In this document: positions 41,091 through 56,350 of the stretch, piece after piece
How positions within the stretch are numbered: position 1 is the first letter of the stretch
How the letters are laid out: each line of letters opens with the position of its first letter
Notes under the pieces: model-generated
What the model saw: the letters and a program-made list of their open reading frames with translations, nothing else
What the model was told of the DNA's origin: nothing
Database searches by the model: none
Translations under genes and position numbers: made by a program
From: Octopus sinensis
Taxonomy: Eukaryota
Assembly: GCF_006345805.1 (NCBI RefSeq)
Contig: NC_043001.1
Location: 115,630,001-115,694,000 of the forward strand
Direction: 5' to 3'
DNA length: 64,000 nt

Positions 41091-42332
41091 TCTTGCAAAC
41101 AACTTGCACATGCAAGTGCTACCAGTTAAAAGCTCCGTATATCGGAATCTAGCAAGTGTATGGGGTCATCAGGAGAGAATGCGCGCCGTTTCGGGGCCTA
41201 CCTCTCGACGGCATCAATGCGCACCGGCCCCCCTCACTGATATGAGGCCCCGCTTGCTAGATCAGCTGGTTATGATGAACTCAATATACTTCTAGCCATC
41301 GCTCATCGTCTCTTTTTAACCAAATCCAGTGGCTAGCCTTCTCCACTGTAGATTGGATATCAGTCATGGTGGTATTGACTTTACGATGAGTTAGGCCTAA
41401 CGATAACAACAGTCGTCTCACGCTGTGTCCTACAAACCCTCTACATCCGACTTCGATAGGAAAATGTTCCGCTTTCTAGCCTGCGTCTTCATATTCCTCG
41501 AGGAGGTTTTCATAACGGTTTAATTTTCGAGCTCGAGCGGCGTCCATATTATCTTCGTGAGGGACCGTTAGCTCGACTATATTTAAAACTTTCTTTCTTT
41601 CACACCACATCAAAATATCTGGTTTTTTCGAAACTGGGATGGGAAAGAAAACCTGGCACCCAGGTAAATCTGCAGTTACCTCCCAATAGTCGTTCCACTT
41701 TTCATTTTTCTCAGGAAGTTTCTTGGTCTTCTTCTTGAAACGGATCTGCTGACCTGGTCGCACGAAGGTAATGAACTCTCTTGATGGTACTTTTAACGAT
41801 TTTTCCTCAGTGTTGTTGAGATGAATTTGATTCTTTATAGCATTGAAGATAACCTTAAGGACCAAGTTGTGCCTCCATGTGTACCTGTTCAATGCTAACG
41901 AACAGTTGGAAAGAATATGTTTTAGTGTACCGACTTTTCCACATTTGCAGACGTCATTCTCTAAGACGTTCCATCTTACTAGATTCGTAGGTGATGGCAA
42001 AACATCATAAGATGAACGAATCAGGAAACTCAGCCGAGATGTTGTCCACTTCCACATCTCATCCCAACTTATCTTCCTCTCAACAACATGTTCTTCCCAT
42101 CTCGTCATCTGACCTTGATGAACACATCGGATCAAATGAAGCTCTCTTCTCTCTGCTTCTCTTGTTTTGACGCTGTTGCTAACAACAGATCTGCGTTCAC
42201 ACGGCATCATGCTTGCAAACGGTCTGAATTGATCCGCGCCAAAACCAAATCCTTTCCGATGGTTCTGCGTTGCTCCCACCATATCTCTGTGTGTAAGAGA
42301 AGACAAGATGTTGACAGTTTCTTGTCTTCTCT
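41091..42332 (-). mobile_element. 5'-truncated HERO-like non-LTR retrotransposon (Zn-knuckle plus restriction-like endonuclease), right arm only
   Basis: ORF 41476-42306: RLSFLIRSSYDVLPSPTNL, CKCGKVGTLKHILSNC, RYTWRHN, KPDI...ELTVPHE...RKLNRY, followed by PIEVGCRGF. Empty site at about 15570-15600 in the left arm. Confidence 0.9.
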
Positions 42333-42602
42333 AAATAATTAATAATTAATAAACAAAATAATACATAAATATAAAAATATACATATATATATATATTTGT
42401 ATATATATATTTAAAATTTATAAATTTAAATTATTTTAATATTTTTTAAATTTTTAACTTTTATATTTTAAAATTAATTTTATGTATTGGCTTATGTTTC
42501 CACTGTTTGATTTCCCTAATAGTGGTTTTATCTCTAATTTAATATAATATATACATATATATATATATATACATATATATATACATATATATATATATAT
42601 TT

Positions 42603-42633
<31 letters not shown>

Positions 42634-42727
42634 CATACATACATACATGTATGTCTGTATGTATGTATATATATATATATATGTATATATATGTATATAT
42701 ATATATGTATGTATATATATATATATG

Positions 42728-42843
<116 letters not shown>

Positions 42844-43917
42844 TATATAAGAAATCAAATAGGTCAAGGTTCAATACAACCGTTTCAGGTCTTTTATTGA
42901 TGAATAAACGAATTACACACAAATGAAATTGTTCTCAAGTGAATTAAAAATTAAAAATTTGAAGTTTGATTCAGGAAAAATACCAAGATGTTTAAACTGT
43001 GTTAACCCTTCCATTTTGCAACAAGGAAGAGAGTGAAATATACTGAGGCATAGCCAGAATACATTTATGCAAGGGTCATAAAACTATCAACAGACAAAGC
43101 CACATGAAATTATTTGTTTAAAGTTTAAACTTAGCTCTTTCTTGAAATACATACCAATACATATATCTAAAACAAAGTTTTTCAGGGTCCTTTCAAATAC
43201 TTTTGTGGATCCCCAGTTTACTATTTTGTTGCATGGATCTCCCAAAAATCTTATATGTACACTTAGGAGCTACATGGCTTTGGTTGAGAAACACTGGTTT
43301 AAACAAATAATTTAGTGTGGCTTTATCTATTGATGATTTTGTGACTCTTACACATGAAATTTGGCTCTAACTTGGTATACTTCATTCCCTTACTTGTTAC
43401 CACATGTGAAAAAGTATTGCTACACATACATCCTAGGATTATATCCAGAAGATCTTCCAAATTATTAGCAAAATTCGTTCACCAGTTTGCTCTTAACAAC
43501 CTTTTGCCTATAAACATGTCTCCTCTCACTGCCTCTTCTAGAACTACTAGAATAGAATCTCTATTCCTCTGACATAGCTAGTTACATACCATCCTCTTCC
43601 TAAGCCAACCTTAAAGAGTTGCTCCTCTTCTTGCCACCCATATTGTGTCACATTGCATTAACTATACCCACTCCTTCTTCCTTAGAAAGTCAACACTCTG
43701 GAATTTCTTTCATGCCTGTCTATCTGTATATATTGACATACAAGCTGCATATAAACTCATCAATTTTACGACTTTTGAGAGTCTACACAGGACAGGAACA
43801 CACCCTTTCATCCAACTAAAGCACAAAAACAATATCATTCTTATAACAATTTATTTATTCATTTTGTAGTTAGACATAAGAGGAATAATACTGGATCTGA
43901 ATAAATATTTGCACATG

Positions 43918-44157
43918 TGGAGGCGCAATGGCCCAGTGGTTAGGGCAGCGGACTTGCGGTCGGAGGATCGCGGTTTCGATTCCCAGACCGGGCGTTGTGT
44001 GTGTTTATTGAGCGAAAACACCTAAAAAAGCTCCACGAGGCTCCGGCAGGGGATGGTGGTGATCCCTGCTGTACTTTTTCACCACTCTAAAAGGCGGTGC
44101 TCCAGCATGGCCGCAGTCAAATGACTGAAACAAGTACAAAAAAAAAAAAAAAAAAAA
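43918..44157 (+). mobile_element. Young tRNA-derived SINE with A20 tail, right arm only
   Basis: A box tggcccagtggttagg, B box ggtttcgattccc, tail aggcggtgctccagcatggccgcagtcaaatgactgaaacaagtac(A)n. The left arm has the empty site gcacatgcaattt (rc of 13946-13960). Confidence 0.95.
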
Positions 44158-44967
44158 TGCAATTTACCTATGTAAAAGAGAGTGAAGTAATTTTATCAGA
44201 ATAAAACTATAAGTTCGATTTCTTTTACAAATACACGTTCTAACAATTTGGATTTGAATGTTCTTGCTTCTGAGAAGAAAGTTAAATCAAATTCTACTGA
44301 AATGGTTAATAGAAAAGATAAAATGATACTTGAAGGAAGCATAATTCATCTTTATTTACTGAGTTAAAATTATAGCGATAATAAAAGCGTTTAGCAAAAT
44401 TAAGGTTAAGAAAAGTAGATATAAAAGTAAAAGTACTGAAGTAGTGAATACTTTGTCATGAATTCAAATCTTACTGAAGACATTGTGTTATATCAATGAG
44501 TAAGGCTCATAACAATGCATGAAAAAATGTACATAAAATTGAAGAAAAAAATGTCATTTTCTAGCAGAGAAATCAATACAAAATAGATTATAATATGAAC
44601 TGAAAACTCATACTGAGAAATTATGTTCTAGTATAGAAAGACAACTGGGTAATGCCATTAGTAGGAGAAGTTGGGAAGGTGAAAGAGGAGAATGAAGTAT
44701 TGTATCAAAATAAAAACAGGGGACACTAAGCTAAATTAAGAGAAATTAATAGAAGTCAAAAGCATTTATGAACAAGACATGAGAAAATGAAAATGAAAAG
44801 ATAAGAAAATGAGACAGTGTGAAAGGGTAAGAGTTTTAAATAGATTACATAAACCTTAAAACGCCTGAAGAGATAAACCAGAAGGAAAATTATGTATCTT
44901 ACAAAAAAATACAAATTTAGTATTTTCAATTTATACCTTAGTTTAAGCCTGTTTTACATACACACAT

Positions 44968-45013
<46 letters not shown>

Positions 45014-48000
45014 GGAATTTACTAAATTATAACAAAAGGAAATTAACTGTTCTTGAAAAGCCAGTATTTACATTTTTATATAATATTATTAAAAAAGGAA
45101 CAAATCTTTGTCTGTCTTAGGATATGAAGCTAATTGGAAGCAAATTGACTAATAATTTGGTAATTTAGTCAGTTCTTCTTCTGTGCGAGTGCATACACAC
45201 AAAAAACAGACTTAAACTAGGATATAGATTTAAAATTCTAAATTTGTATTTTGTTGTAAGATACATAGTTTTTCTGCTGGTCTATCTTTTTTTTAAGTGT
45301 TTTGATGTTTATGTAATCTATTAAAAACTCACCTTTTCACACACTCTCATTTTTTCATCTTTTTGTTTTCATTTTCTCAATTGTTACTTCTTCATTTCCT
45401 CCTGTCTTGTTCATAAGTGCATTTGACTTCTGTTAACTTCTCGTAACTTAGCTTGATGTCTGTGAGATAGTTTTTAGGTAAGAAAACAAAGAAAAGCTAC
45501 TAATAACATATTTAAAGCATGGAGAGTTAGAAAATAAACTAGAAATAAATAAGCAGCTAAAAACATCATGATATTAATTAATGATAATATCTTGATATTT
45601 TTATCAACTCTGAATATATTTTGGCTTTATTATGACTTTATTAGCAAAGACTAGCCTTGATAGGACTTGCTGAAATAGTGATAAAATTACTAATTAAAAT
45701 GCACAATAATCCATATTTATTTGAATAGAAAAATAGAATTGGTAAGAAATTAAATATTTCAAGGTATTTATTTAAGACAAAAATAATCAAGCACTTTTGC
45801 AGGAACAATGTGATAACTGTTCACAAGCAATGACAGACTTAACATTGGAACATCTCTAACATGCATTATTGTTGGAAGAATTCCATATATGTACAGTGAT
45901 CTTTTTCCTTTTAGTAAATATATTACAATGGTATAGCATATAAGGTGAAGTATTTCTTTATAGAAAGAATGGTTAAATGTGGGTATAAAAAACATATAGC
46001 TTCACAATCACCAAAAAGAAAAATGAATTCTGGTACACATAATTTTAGTATTTAAAAAAAATGACCTTGGATTTAAAAGGGCTGAAAAGATTGAATTTAA
46101 AACTTGATAATATCAAGGATTATAATTCTGAATTTATGTATGTATAAATGTGACAGAATGAAATCTGAATGCATTGATTCCGATGCAGTAAAATAACAGA
46201 AAGTATATAATGAACTTTTGTAAAGTGAGCATCACATTTTAATCATGAAGTTGTAAATGGTTTCAAGAATATATTTAATGTGGAAAAAACCCAATCATAA
46301 TTGCTGGTCATTTGTAGAAAATTGACATGAATTCAAATTCTTAATTTTTTTTCAAGAGATTATTCTAAAATGTTCCAAAAATCAATGATATTCATAACTA
46401 TGTTGTTAAATATCCATACAGTGTTTAAATGATGATGACTCATATAAGAGGAAAGAAATACTGAAATTTAATTGGGTTTACTTCATTGATGCAAATGTTT
46501 AGTTATAGATAGACATTTATAAAGACTGAAGATAAATCAAGAAATTGTCAATGAATTATATACAAAAACAAAGCAGTTATAGCATATAACAGAAATCAAT
46601 AATTTTATGGTAGTATCAGATATTTAGTTCAAATCTTCAGTGCTTGCAAAAGTGTCCATGAAATGATGACAAAGAGACTGATTGGTTGCTCACAAGGTTT
46701 CATTCAGTTCTGGAAGCTTCTAGGTTTCTTTTGTTCATCTGAAGAACATAGACCTTCACTGGTAACCTACAAAATGAAAGAATAAAAATGCACATGAGAT
46801 CCTGATCTCTTAAACAGTTATTTGATGCTTGGTAATTTTGAAAGTAATTACATGCTTTGCAGAAAAATAATTGAATATTAGAGCATGCTTACTTAAATAC
46901 TAAAATGATTGGAAGTAGTAGTAGTAGTAGTAGTAGTAAGGTTATAAACAAAAAAGATGCGGATGCAGATCCTGTCATGTAATCCTTTAAAGGCTGACAA
47001 ATGGTTCGCTGTTAGGGTGAAAAGCGTTACAGATGAGCTGTCACCCTGAAATATTCCTGTAGATAATATAACTTTGTTAGTGACTATAGTGGTAGCCCCA
47101 GTTCTTATTGATAGTTCTTGTGGGCCATGATGTTGTCAGTCCCTTAATAACAATGAATATATCATTTAGAACCTCAACAAAATGAGGTGACTCTCTTATC
47201 CATAAGTAATAAGCAGAATCAAACAACTTCTTAGAGTCTAGCCATACAGTCAATAACTTTTAGCAATGATGTTTTGTTATCTTAAGGAAGGTTGATAAGA
47301 AGCTGTTCATCCCAGCCTAAGACTCCTTTCTTTCCTCTTCAGCCTACTCTTCAGCCACCATATTGCTTATTCCACAGTGGACGTGGAGGAATGCATTCAA
47401 GAAAACTGAATATAATTCATACATAACCTCCAAGTATGCTATGAGCTTGAAGTTTTTGGTCATATGCTCCTCAGGTTTTGCAACTAGTGTTGTATGTGCA
47501 ACTGTCTGTCAATCTAGTACATTAATTTCAGTGTTAATTGTTCCTTTGAATAGTTTTTCTTGGGTTCTCCTATAGAACATGTGCTTTCTGTACCAATAAC
47601 TATCAGCTCTCTCCGAGATGATTTTCTGGTTTGGTAGATTTTGCAGCAACTGTCAGGGGAGTTTACAGTGCGATTCTGATGTGGGGATGAGAGCAAATTT
47701 TTCTTGGTGATGTTTGCTTATTGTCATAGTTGTTTGGCACCGAAGTTTGGATAGTTGGGGTATTTTAGATCAGTGAAAGATATATGAAGAGTGTTAGAAT
47801 TTACATAAAGTTTTAATATTCATGAGTGAAAAAGGTGTAATAGATGTTTTTTTGAGATGTGCACTGTTGTATTTTGGTGATCTTTAACAAAATTAAGTTA
47901 TTGGTTCTAATTGCAAGATGCTTTACAGGTTTCCATTTCTGAAGAACATCAAGTTGAAACACATATGAATGCTTAGCGATGAAAGAATTCATGGTTGTAT

Positions 48001-51000
48001 GTTTCCATTTTGTAAGTTCAGAAACTCATGCAGAGTTTAAACAAAGACAGGTAGCAAGCCAATTTAGTAACTGAGTGTTTGAGAATTTAAGTAACTAATA
48101 TCAAAAAACTTTATAAGAATTTAAGAAAATTAATAAAAACTTAAATATCTAAATGTAATTCAGCCTAAAACTGCTGTGAAATGAGAAAAATATCAGAACT
48201 ATATAGTGAATGAAAAATTCTTGTTTCTTAAAGATAAATTTAGGTAATATAAAATGATAAGAATAAATTAAATCTAATCCTCTAATTCCATAAGTATTTT
48301 TAGAAATATATAGAAAATCCAAGCTTCACCAATGAATATGGATGAAATGATAGTGCACAAATCCTGTACATATATAATCATAACTAAGAAAAAGATAAAA
48401 AGAGACTTATTTATTTAATATATATAATTCAGTGAACTATAAGTATAAATAGTTTCTTCTTTCATAGGCTTAGATTTTAGTTTACTATTACTTGCATTAT
48501 TTTATATACCCATGTTCTCCATATGGATATAATCAGGTTAGAATACAAGAGAATGTAAGAAACTGTTAATATAAGTTTAGAGTTTAGGATATTTTTGAAT
48601 GTACAGTTATACTTCCAGAACATATTTGAGAGATGGTTTTCAATACATGACATCTTCATTAAGGAAATATTACGTAAGAAGTAAAACCAATAAAATAGCT
48701 TGACTTTAAATACAGTATTAAATTCATGAATAACAATACTTACAAAATGAAAGAAGAACTTAATCATACCTCAACTATTCTGACACTATCTACTTTCAAG
48801 AAAGCAAAGCATGAAAGGTCATTAGATAAGATTATTTCAAAATAAATATGTTTTAAGACAATATCTTCATATAACCACTTATGGATTTATCTCATTTCTT
48901 TGTTGTTTTCGTAAATGTCAATAGGGTGGCAACTTTTAGTTTGTGCAGGTGTAGAATACAACAGCTGGGTATAAAATACAGAGTATATAATATATGCAAT
49001 ACATTACAAAGCCCAGCAAAAACAAAAAGTGAAATTATATAGTCAATATTATAAATAATGAGTTTTCTCAGTGAATAAAAATTAGCATGCAAAATCAACC
49101 TAGTAGATGACTGAAATTTATTATGTAGATCAGAAAAAGATGAAAGATAAAACTGATATCAGTGGTATTTGAGCTCAGAATACAGTGGGACTAAATTTAA
49201 CACCTTCAAGTATTTAGTATGGTATTCTATTATATCAGTCACTCAAATATATTTTATTGATATTTAAACATAATGATGTTTAAATAACCTCGTGGCCTAT
49301 GCCAGGGGTGTAACCAGCTCACTTATGCGTACCTTCCTTAATTGGACACTAAACTCTGCTTGTGAAGACCTGTTGAGGCAAATCGAAATTGAAATAAAAT
49401 TCGATGACTGACATCCATGCTAGTGGATTGCTAAGAGCACCAACCGAGCATGATCGTTGCCAGAGTAGCTAACTGGCTTCCATGCCAGTGGCATGTAAAA
49501 AGCGCCATTCATGCGGGATCACTACCAGTGTTGCCTTACTAGCACTTGTGCTGGTGGCATGTGAAAAAAACATTCGAGCAAGGTCGTTGCCAGTGCAGGT
49601 GGTATGTAAAAATTACCATCTGAGAGTGGCCATTGCCATTACTGCCTGACTGGCCCTCGTGCCAGTGGCACGTAAAAGCACCCATTACACTCTCGGAGTG
49701 GTTGGCATTAGGAACAGCATCCAGCTGTAGAAACTTTGCCAGATCAGATTGGAGCCCGGTGTAGCCATCTGATTTGCAAACTATAATAAAATGATTCTTA
49801 ATACTCAAATTTTAATTTTAGTGGCAATGTTTTAAGTAAAAAGTTTCTTATTCTTTACTTTACTTGAAGTAATAGTTAGTCCTATACTTTTAAATGTGTA
49901 ACAACTTGTTCTGTATTTTTCCAGATTTATAATCGTAAAAATATTGCTTTTCATGCTCACATTTTTCCATGTAATCCATGATTTTTCCACGCATTGCTGT
50001 TATAAGTTAATTAATAATGTGTCAGTTAATGATTTAAGATTTTACCTTATAAAATACTCAAAGATAATATTTCAATTTTTCCATGTAAGTGATGATAATA
50101 TTTCAATTTTTTCATGTTTAATTTAAATATATGTTTTGATTGAATTAATGGCTGGGATTTTTACTATGTTGTTGGTTGCACAATGGTTCACCAAATGTTA
50201 CAAACAACAAGACCCCAAAACCATCAGTTACCAGGCTCACCTTATGTAACCTAATTTTGCAATAAAAAATGACGACTATTGTACTGTCAATTTTATGTAC
50301 ATATTTGGTTTTTCATAAATTAAAACCATTTTATAAACCAAAAAAACTATTTTTAATTTCCAAATTTAAGAAAATGTTCTTGTTACTTTTTTCTATTTAT
50401 GAATTTGGTTCTAAAATAATCATTAATCAATCATACAATCTTCGTCTTAAATTTAAGTTTTAGTTACAATTCCACTGAATTTTGTTGCTTAATTTGTTTA
50501 CATTTTTTTCCATAAATAATAAAACAATGTCAGGCAATTTGGGAGGAAATTTACTATGTCTTAGTATGAAATTTAGCCAATCAACAGACAGTGAGGCATT
50601 AAAAGCTAGTTATCATGTTAACCACAAATATCATCTCTAGTTTTAATCAGTGTGGCCTGCTCTAGATGTTCGTCCTCTATGAATAACAGCAGCTCTTAGA
50701 GGAAAATTTGTGCCAAATATTTGCTGCCTTTTTGATTTGAAGTTCATTATATCACATTTGATTCTTCCATATTAAAATGTTGATTAATCAAAAGTCTATT
50801 AATTTGAATAACAAGATATTTAAATTCAGGAGGAAATTCAATTCTGGAAGTAATTTCATGTTCAGTATTGAGTGAACATGTTTCACAATTTTTTGTAAGT
50901 GAATATGTTGTGATTTTAGTAATCAAAAATTTAAATTGTTGAGGACCATTAATTGGTTGCTGAAACAGTTCTTCTTTTAAATCAATAGGTAGTTGTGATT

Positions 51001-51551
51001 GTCTACCACAAACAACTGTATTGCAGTTGCAAATTATATTTATAAAGATGTTGCAAGTATGTTGGTGCAATCTAATGCATCTAGCAGTGTCATATTTGAT
51101 GAATGTAAACTTTTGTTGAAATTACATTTGAAAATAAAGATAAATTTCTTTCAAAATTCATGAGCACATTATTGGCTTCTATCATTAAATCTTCCACCAA
51201 TAATCCTTTCTAAATTTGCATCAGTGTTTTGAATATAATAAAGAATATTTGCGCGTGTGATTTAGGAAAGGGGATACTTTGGCTGCTATTTTTAGCATGT
51301 TGAGCGACCAGAAAAAGGCTCTTTCATTGGTTTGATTGCGTGATGAGATTTTTACACATATATGTAATATGTATATTTATCATCAGCAGAAGTTCATTGC
51401 ATATGCAATGAAATTTTAACATTTTCAAAGTTTTAATTTCAATCATACATATATATTAAGCTGCATATTCTACTCAAAGAAAGAATGAGATATTTGCTAA
51501 TCTTGATCCAATGAATGTAATTTTTTGTTAATAAATTGCTTATATACTTAC

Positions 51552-51593
51552 CAGCAGGTTTCTTTGAAACGTTAACGTAAGTACCATCCGTGT
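51552..51593 (-). CDS. 42 nt microexon (NTDGTYVNVSKKPA), right arm
   Basis: Canonical AG and GTAAGT boundaries. Confidence 0.6.
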
Positions 51594-51838
51594 CTTTAAG
51601 AAATTAGAAAAAGAACAAATAGCATGGCTATAAATAATATTTAAATTAAGATAGCTGTGTACTGATTCTACCATAATAAATACTAATGAGATACACTCAA
51701 ACACACTCACACATACATACATGCATATTAAATACACAAAAGTTAGAGAGTGACATATTTCATAATAGTTCGCTGTCTGTCTATTTTAAAGATAGGTTCT
51801 AAGCTCATATGTGTACTAACAATATTGATTGTACTTAC

Positions 51839-51898
51839 TTCGTTGTCCCATTTCTAAATATTTCGGCTCGCTAACCTCAGCACATTGTTCTTCCACAA
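51839..51898 (-). CDS. 60 nt microexon (VEEQCAEVSEPKYLEMGQR), right arm
   Basis: tttcttgaAG acceptor and GTAAGT donor, both intact. Confidence 0.6.
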
Positions 51899-51979
51899 CT
51901 TCAAGAAATTAATTAAAAAATAGGCATATTTATTGTTTGGAGAGGATGATTTAAATATTTTGATGATACACAGAAAGTA

Positions 51980-52029
<50 letters not shown>

Positions 52030-53739
52030 GAATAAGAAATAGAAAGCCATTGGTACAGTATTATATATTTGAAAATCTGAATAGAAATGGCGTTTTTGAT
52101 AATGTTTCCACTTTAATAATTAAATGTCTGCGATCTAGTTAGTTTCATTCACAAAATCAGCTCCCTTTAATTTTGCTCAGCTTGTTTTCAATTTTGGTGT
52201 ATCGATACTGTTCTGAATTTTGATTATGCTCAACTAATTACTTTATCTCATAAATTAAAGAATCTGATGTTATTTGGAATTAAAGTTGGGAAAAATCTGA
52301 TCAATTTTAGCCAATCAACAGACAGTGAGGCATTAACAGCTAGTTATCATGTTAACCACACATTCTGCTGATTCTTTACACAATGAGATTCACTTCATCG
52401 ACATGTTTTGTTTGTGTATATCACTGTTTTTTTTTAAATTTTCTGGAAGATTTATATCTATCAATTAGAATTTTATTGTAAATGTTTTCGTTCAATTATT
52501 TTAATATTTTACTTATTCTTTTATATATTTTTCATATATATTTTACATATATTTCATGAAGTTTTTCTGTTTTTACTGTTGCTTTGAATAGCCACATCCA
52601 CATTCAAGCCATTTAATTGTACCACTCTGAAGGAGATTTTGAAAACAGCGGTGGATGCAATAAATTATAAAGTCACTCGTAGATGTGCTCCATTCTCTGA
52701 TGCCCAGACATTCTCTGTCCACTCTCTCTGTCATTTCTACTGTACTATATGGCTTCTGCTCCTTGCAGCTAGCTGAGCTCACCCCACCTCCTCTCAAACG
52801 TTCCCATCCCATTTGCCTCTTCTCTTTTCATCATCTCTCTTATGTCCAAACCCATCCAGCCCTACCTAAAAGACCTCATACTTATGGCTATGCTCAGTTT
52901 TTCCTCCCCAAAATGGTTTCTCTCAAGAAATCCTTCCCTGCTCATATCTTTCCCACAGATGTTGGTTTATGAAGGTTCACAAGGCATATCAATGGCCTTA
53001 ATCATTAACCTCATTCATCCAGATGGTCTGTGAAGGGCATAGGCAATGTCCCTTTTTCAAACCCAACATAGGTAGAAGACAAAATATAAAAAAAAGATCA
53101 AACCAAAACTAGGCTGAAAGATTCTTGCTCAAGGTGTGATGGAGTTGGATTGAACTCAATACTAACATGTCAGGATTATGATGTGAACTTATTAATCACC
53201 TGGTCGTGTACCCCTCCCACAAACCTGTCAGAGATGTAGAAGCAAAACTGTGCGCGTGGTGGGCAAGTAATGTAAATGGTAGGTTTGGATCCAGCTGAGG
53301 TAGAAATAATAAACCCCATGGAACTGAAGCTGGCAGATTGAATCAGAATCAAAATTATTTCCTAAATGATACAGAAGGAAAAAAGGGCACAGAATTGAGG
53401 GTTGGGATGTGAAAGACAGAAATTGTGAGGAAATTTTCCAATGTATGAAACATAAAAAGATTAGAAACAAAATGAAGGAAACCTGCCCACCTCACTTTTC
53501 TTTTTCCATGAGGTATGGAACTTTGAAGGACAGTTGTTCCAAAAATTATGTCCAGAATGGAGTGCCAGACTAAATGCTTTGTTCTATTTAGTTCTGTTCC
53601 TCTGCATTCTGAGTTCAAATCTCACACAAGTCAGCTTTAACTTTAATCCAACAGGTATCAATAAAATAAATTATACTAGAATAGCTTGCCAATAACATCA
53701 CATTTCTCCTTCCTTTTGATTATCTTTATTCTTGTATTG

Positions 53740-54445
53740 GAAAAGGGGATTATCACATTGACTCCTCTTCCTTTTGTTTTTGTACAGGTGCATTATACAT
53801 ACATCTTTGAACTGCTGGGGAACAGATCCAGTTTCCCAGATCAAACAGATCAATTTGCACAGTTTATTTACAATTTGTCTGCTACCATGCTTGCACACCT
53901 CTATGGGAATATCGTCTTGTCCAAGATCTTTACCATTGGAAAGTTTTTCAATAACAGTACTTGTCTCTTCCAAGGAAGGATGTTCCACTAGTTCTTCAGC
54001 ATTGCGAGTGGATTCTTGATTTGATACAGATTTAAAGTGTTCAGGTAATCTTTTTAGAATTTCATCTTTCCTACTTATGAGTTGTGTTACATCGTTAGAG
54101 AGAATAGATTCTGTACTACCTTTTTTTGGACCAAACACATTTTTCAGAATGTTATACAGTGTTCTCAAGTTGTGAGAGTTAGCTGCCTGTTCCAATTCTT
54201 GGGCTTGTTTCGTCCACCAAACTTTTCATCTCATGCAGTTTTCTGCATAGATTTTCTCTAGAGATGTATAGGAATCTGGATGTTGGCAAATTTTTGTCTG
54301 AGATCCATGTCTTTTGTCTCTTGTGCAAAGTTTCTAGGAGAGGTTTAATTTGAGAATCATTCTTGTTGGTGTTTGTGCTTCACAAATTCTAGAACTACTT
54401 CAGCAGATGATTTGATGCTGTCATGTATATTGTGCCACCAAATTT
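53740..54445 (-). mobile_element. RTE-clade LINE fragment (mirror)
   Basis: ORF 53698-54195, near-identical to 3258-3719. Confidence 0.85.
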
Positions 54446-55039
54446 TTAGGCATTCCTCTATTTCTGCAAGCTTTGAATTTAAATGTATTTCAAATTTTTT
54501 TATCATTTATAGATTTTTTTAAAGAAGCAATGTTTATTCTCGGATGTAAACTGGATTTTAGTGGCCTCTTTCCATATGGATTAACTAATACCTTGCTGTG
54601 AATCATTCTGTGATCCAAGTAACACTTGGATGTTATGTGAGTTCTGGTGAACCCGAAATCACTGCAATCATTGTTCTTAGTTATAACATAGTCCACATAT
54701 ATCAGTGACCAGATCAGGGATGCTTCCAGGTGCTTTTGTATTTATTTGCTTACATAAACACTGCATCTGGTGCTGTTCCAGTCCCATTCATCTAGAGGTC
54801 ATGTGTCTGTAGATGAAGCCTCACTGAACAGCAGAATTCAAATGCCACTCAAGGAGAAGGTTGCTGGTCGGGACCAGTTTTTTTGGAAATCAATTAAAGG
54901 CAGAAAGAAGAGAGTGACAGAATTATTGAAAGAGGTGACACTACTGTGAAGAGATAAGCTGAATTTTCCAATCATTTCCAAGCTCAAAAATGTGCTTCAT
55001 TTGTATGACAAATGCACCTAAAAAAGACAATTTGAGCCA

Positions 55040-56350
55040 TTAGAGGAACTGTTCAATATCAACAAAGTCTGCAATGAATGGCTCAATGCTGATGATAAAA
55101 TGCTTTACTCTATCCAACTCCAAAGCCAGGGCAAAATGGGTTATTCAACAAGTAAAGCTGCAAGCAAGCACACTATCCATAATTCCAAGAGAAGATGCTC
55201 GGATGCTGAAGCCTCCCATTCTTTATCAAACTCAGCAACCCTGGAACTGACAGTGACTCTGAAGAAGAACAGATTGAAGAGTATAATTATGGTGAAGATG
55301 ACATATTTGATGACAAATGTCTCTACCTACAAAGCTGCGAAAATCTGCAAAGAATTGTCAGAGGAGGACATTGATATCCCAGCTCCTAGTCAGCAAGGCA
55401 TTTTACAATGCACTGTTTGAGAAAGCTGGTGTAATGAAGAAACACTTGATCAATACAATAGGCAATCAGAAATGGGACCTGCATTTTGATGGTAAACATA
55501 TTGACGGAAATGAATATCAAGTGGTAATTCATCAAGACAAAACAAGTGAAATTAAGCTGGCTGCTCTGAAGCTGTGTGGTGACAAGGTCGAAAGCATTGC
55601 AGAAGGATTGAAAAGCATCTTGGATGAATTTCACTAATGATTATTGCTGATACGACGAGTGTGAATACCGGATGAAAGAGTTGGGTAGTGGTTAGACTGC
55701 AGAGAATTTCTTGAACAAATGCTATGATGAGCCACAATTCATGAGCAACAAACACCGTGTCTTGGACAGAATCCTGCATATTTTTATGGATGAGGAGCTA
55801 GCTAGTGCAAGCAATTCACTCAACATCGGATATTTTCTTGTCAAAGAACTCATGACAAGGTATGAAGAACTCCAAGGCTCCTTCCAGAATGGAAATCGTC
55901 ATAGTAGATCAAGCTGGTTGGAGAGATATGAAGTTTCTGTTTCACTTAACCCATGCCTTCAAGTTCTTCCATGGAAAGAGAGACATCCCTTTCATCAAGT
56001 TTCAGAAAATTCCAAACATCAGTAATGCCAGATGGAATTTGCAAACAATCCTAGCCCTTCTTATATTTTTACTTACGTCACGTGTGAGAGATTGCAGATG
56101 GTCTGCTAGATCATCTCATATGACTGGGCAGACCACTGGTTCAGTGACCAAGTGTATAGAGCTGAAGATTATGCAGAGCTATCACAAACCTTACTACTCT
56201 ACAAGACTTCTTTGATATGCTTGACAAATCACTGGAAACAAGAGCTCTCAAAACTAAAGATCAGCAGAAGCAATTAATGCTGTGAGTGAGCAATTAAGGT
56301 CATGCAAGAACTACACACCACATGCAAGAACAAAGCTAACCTGCCATTGA
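55040..56350 (+). mobile_element. Decayed hAT-like DDE transposase (right-arm mirror)
   Basis: ORFs 55100-55420, 55317-55637 and 55711-56025. Lacks the 1 bp insertion (gtcgAgaagc) that frameshifts the left copy. Confidence 0.6.
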
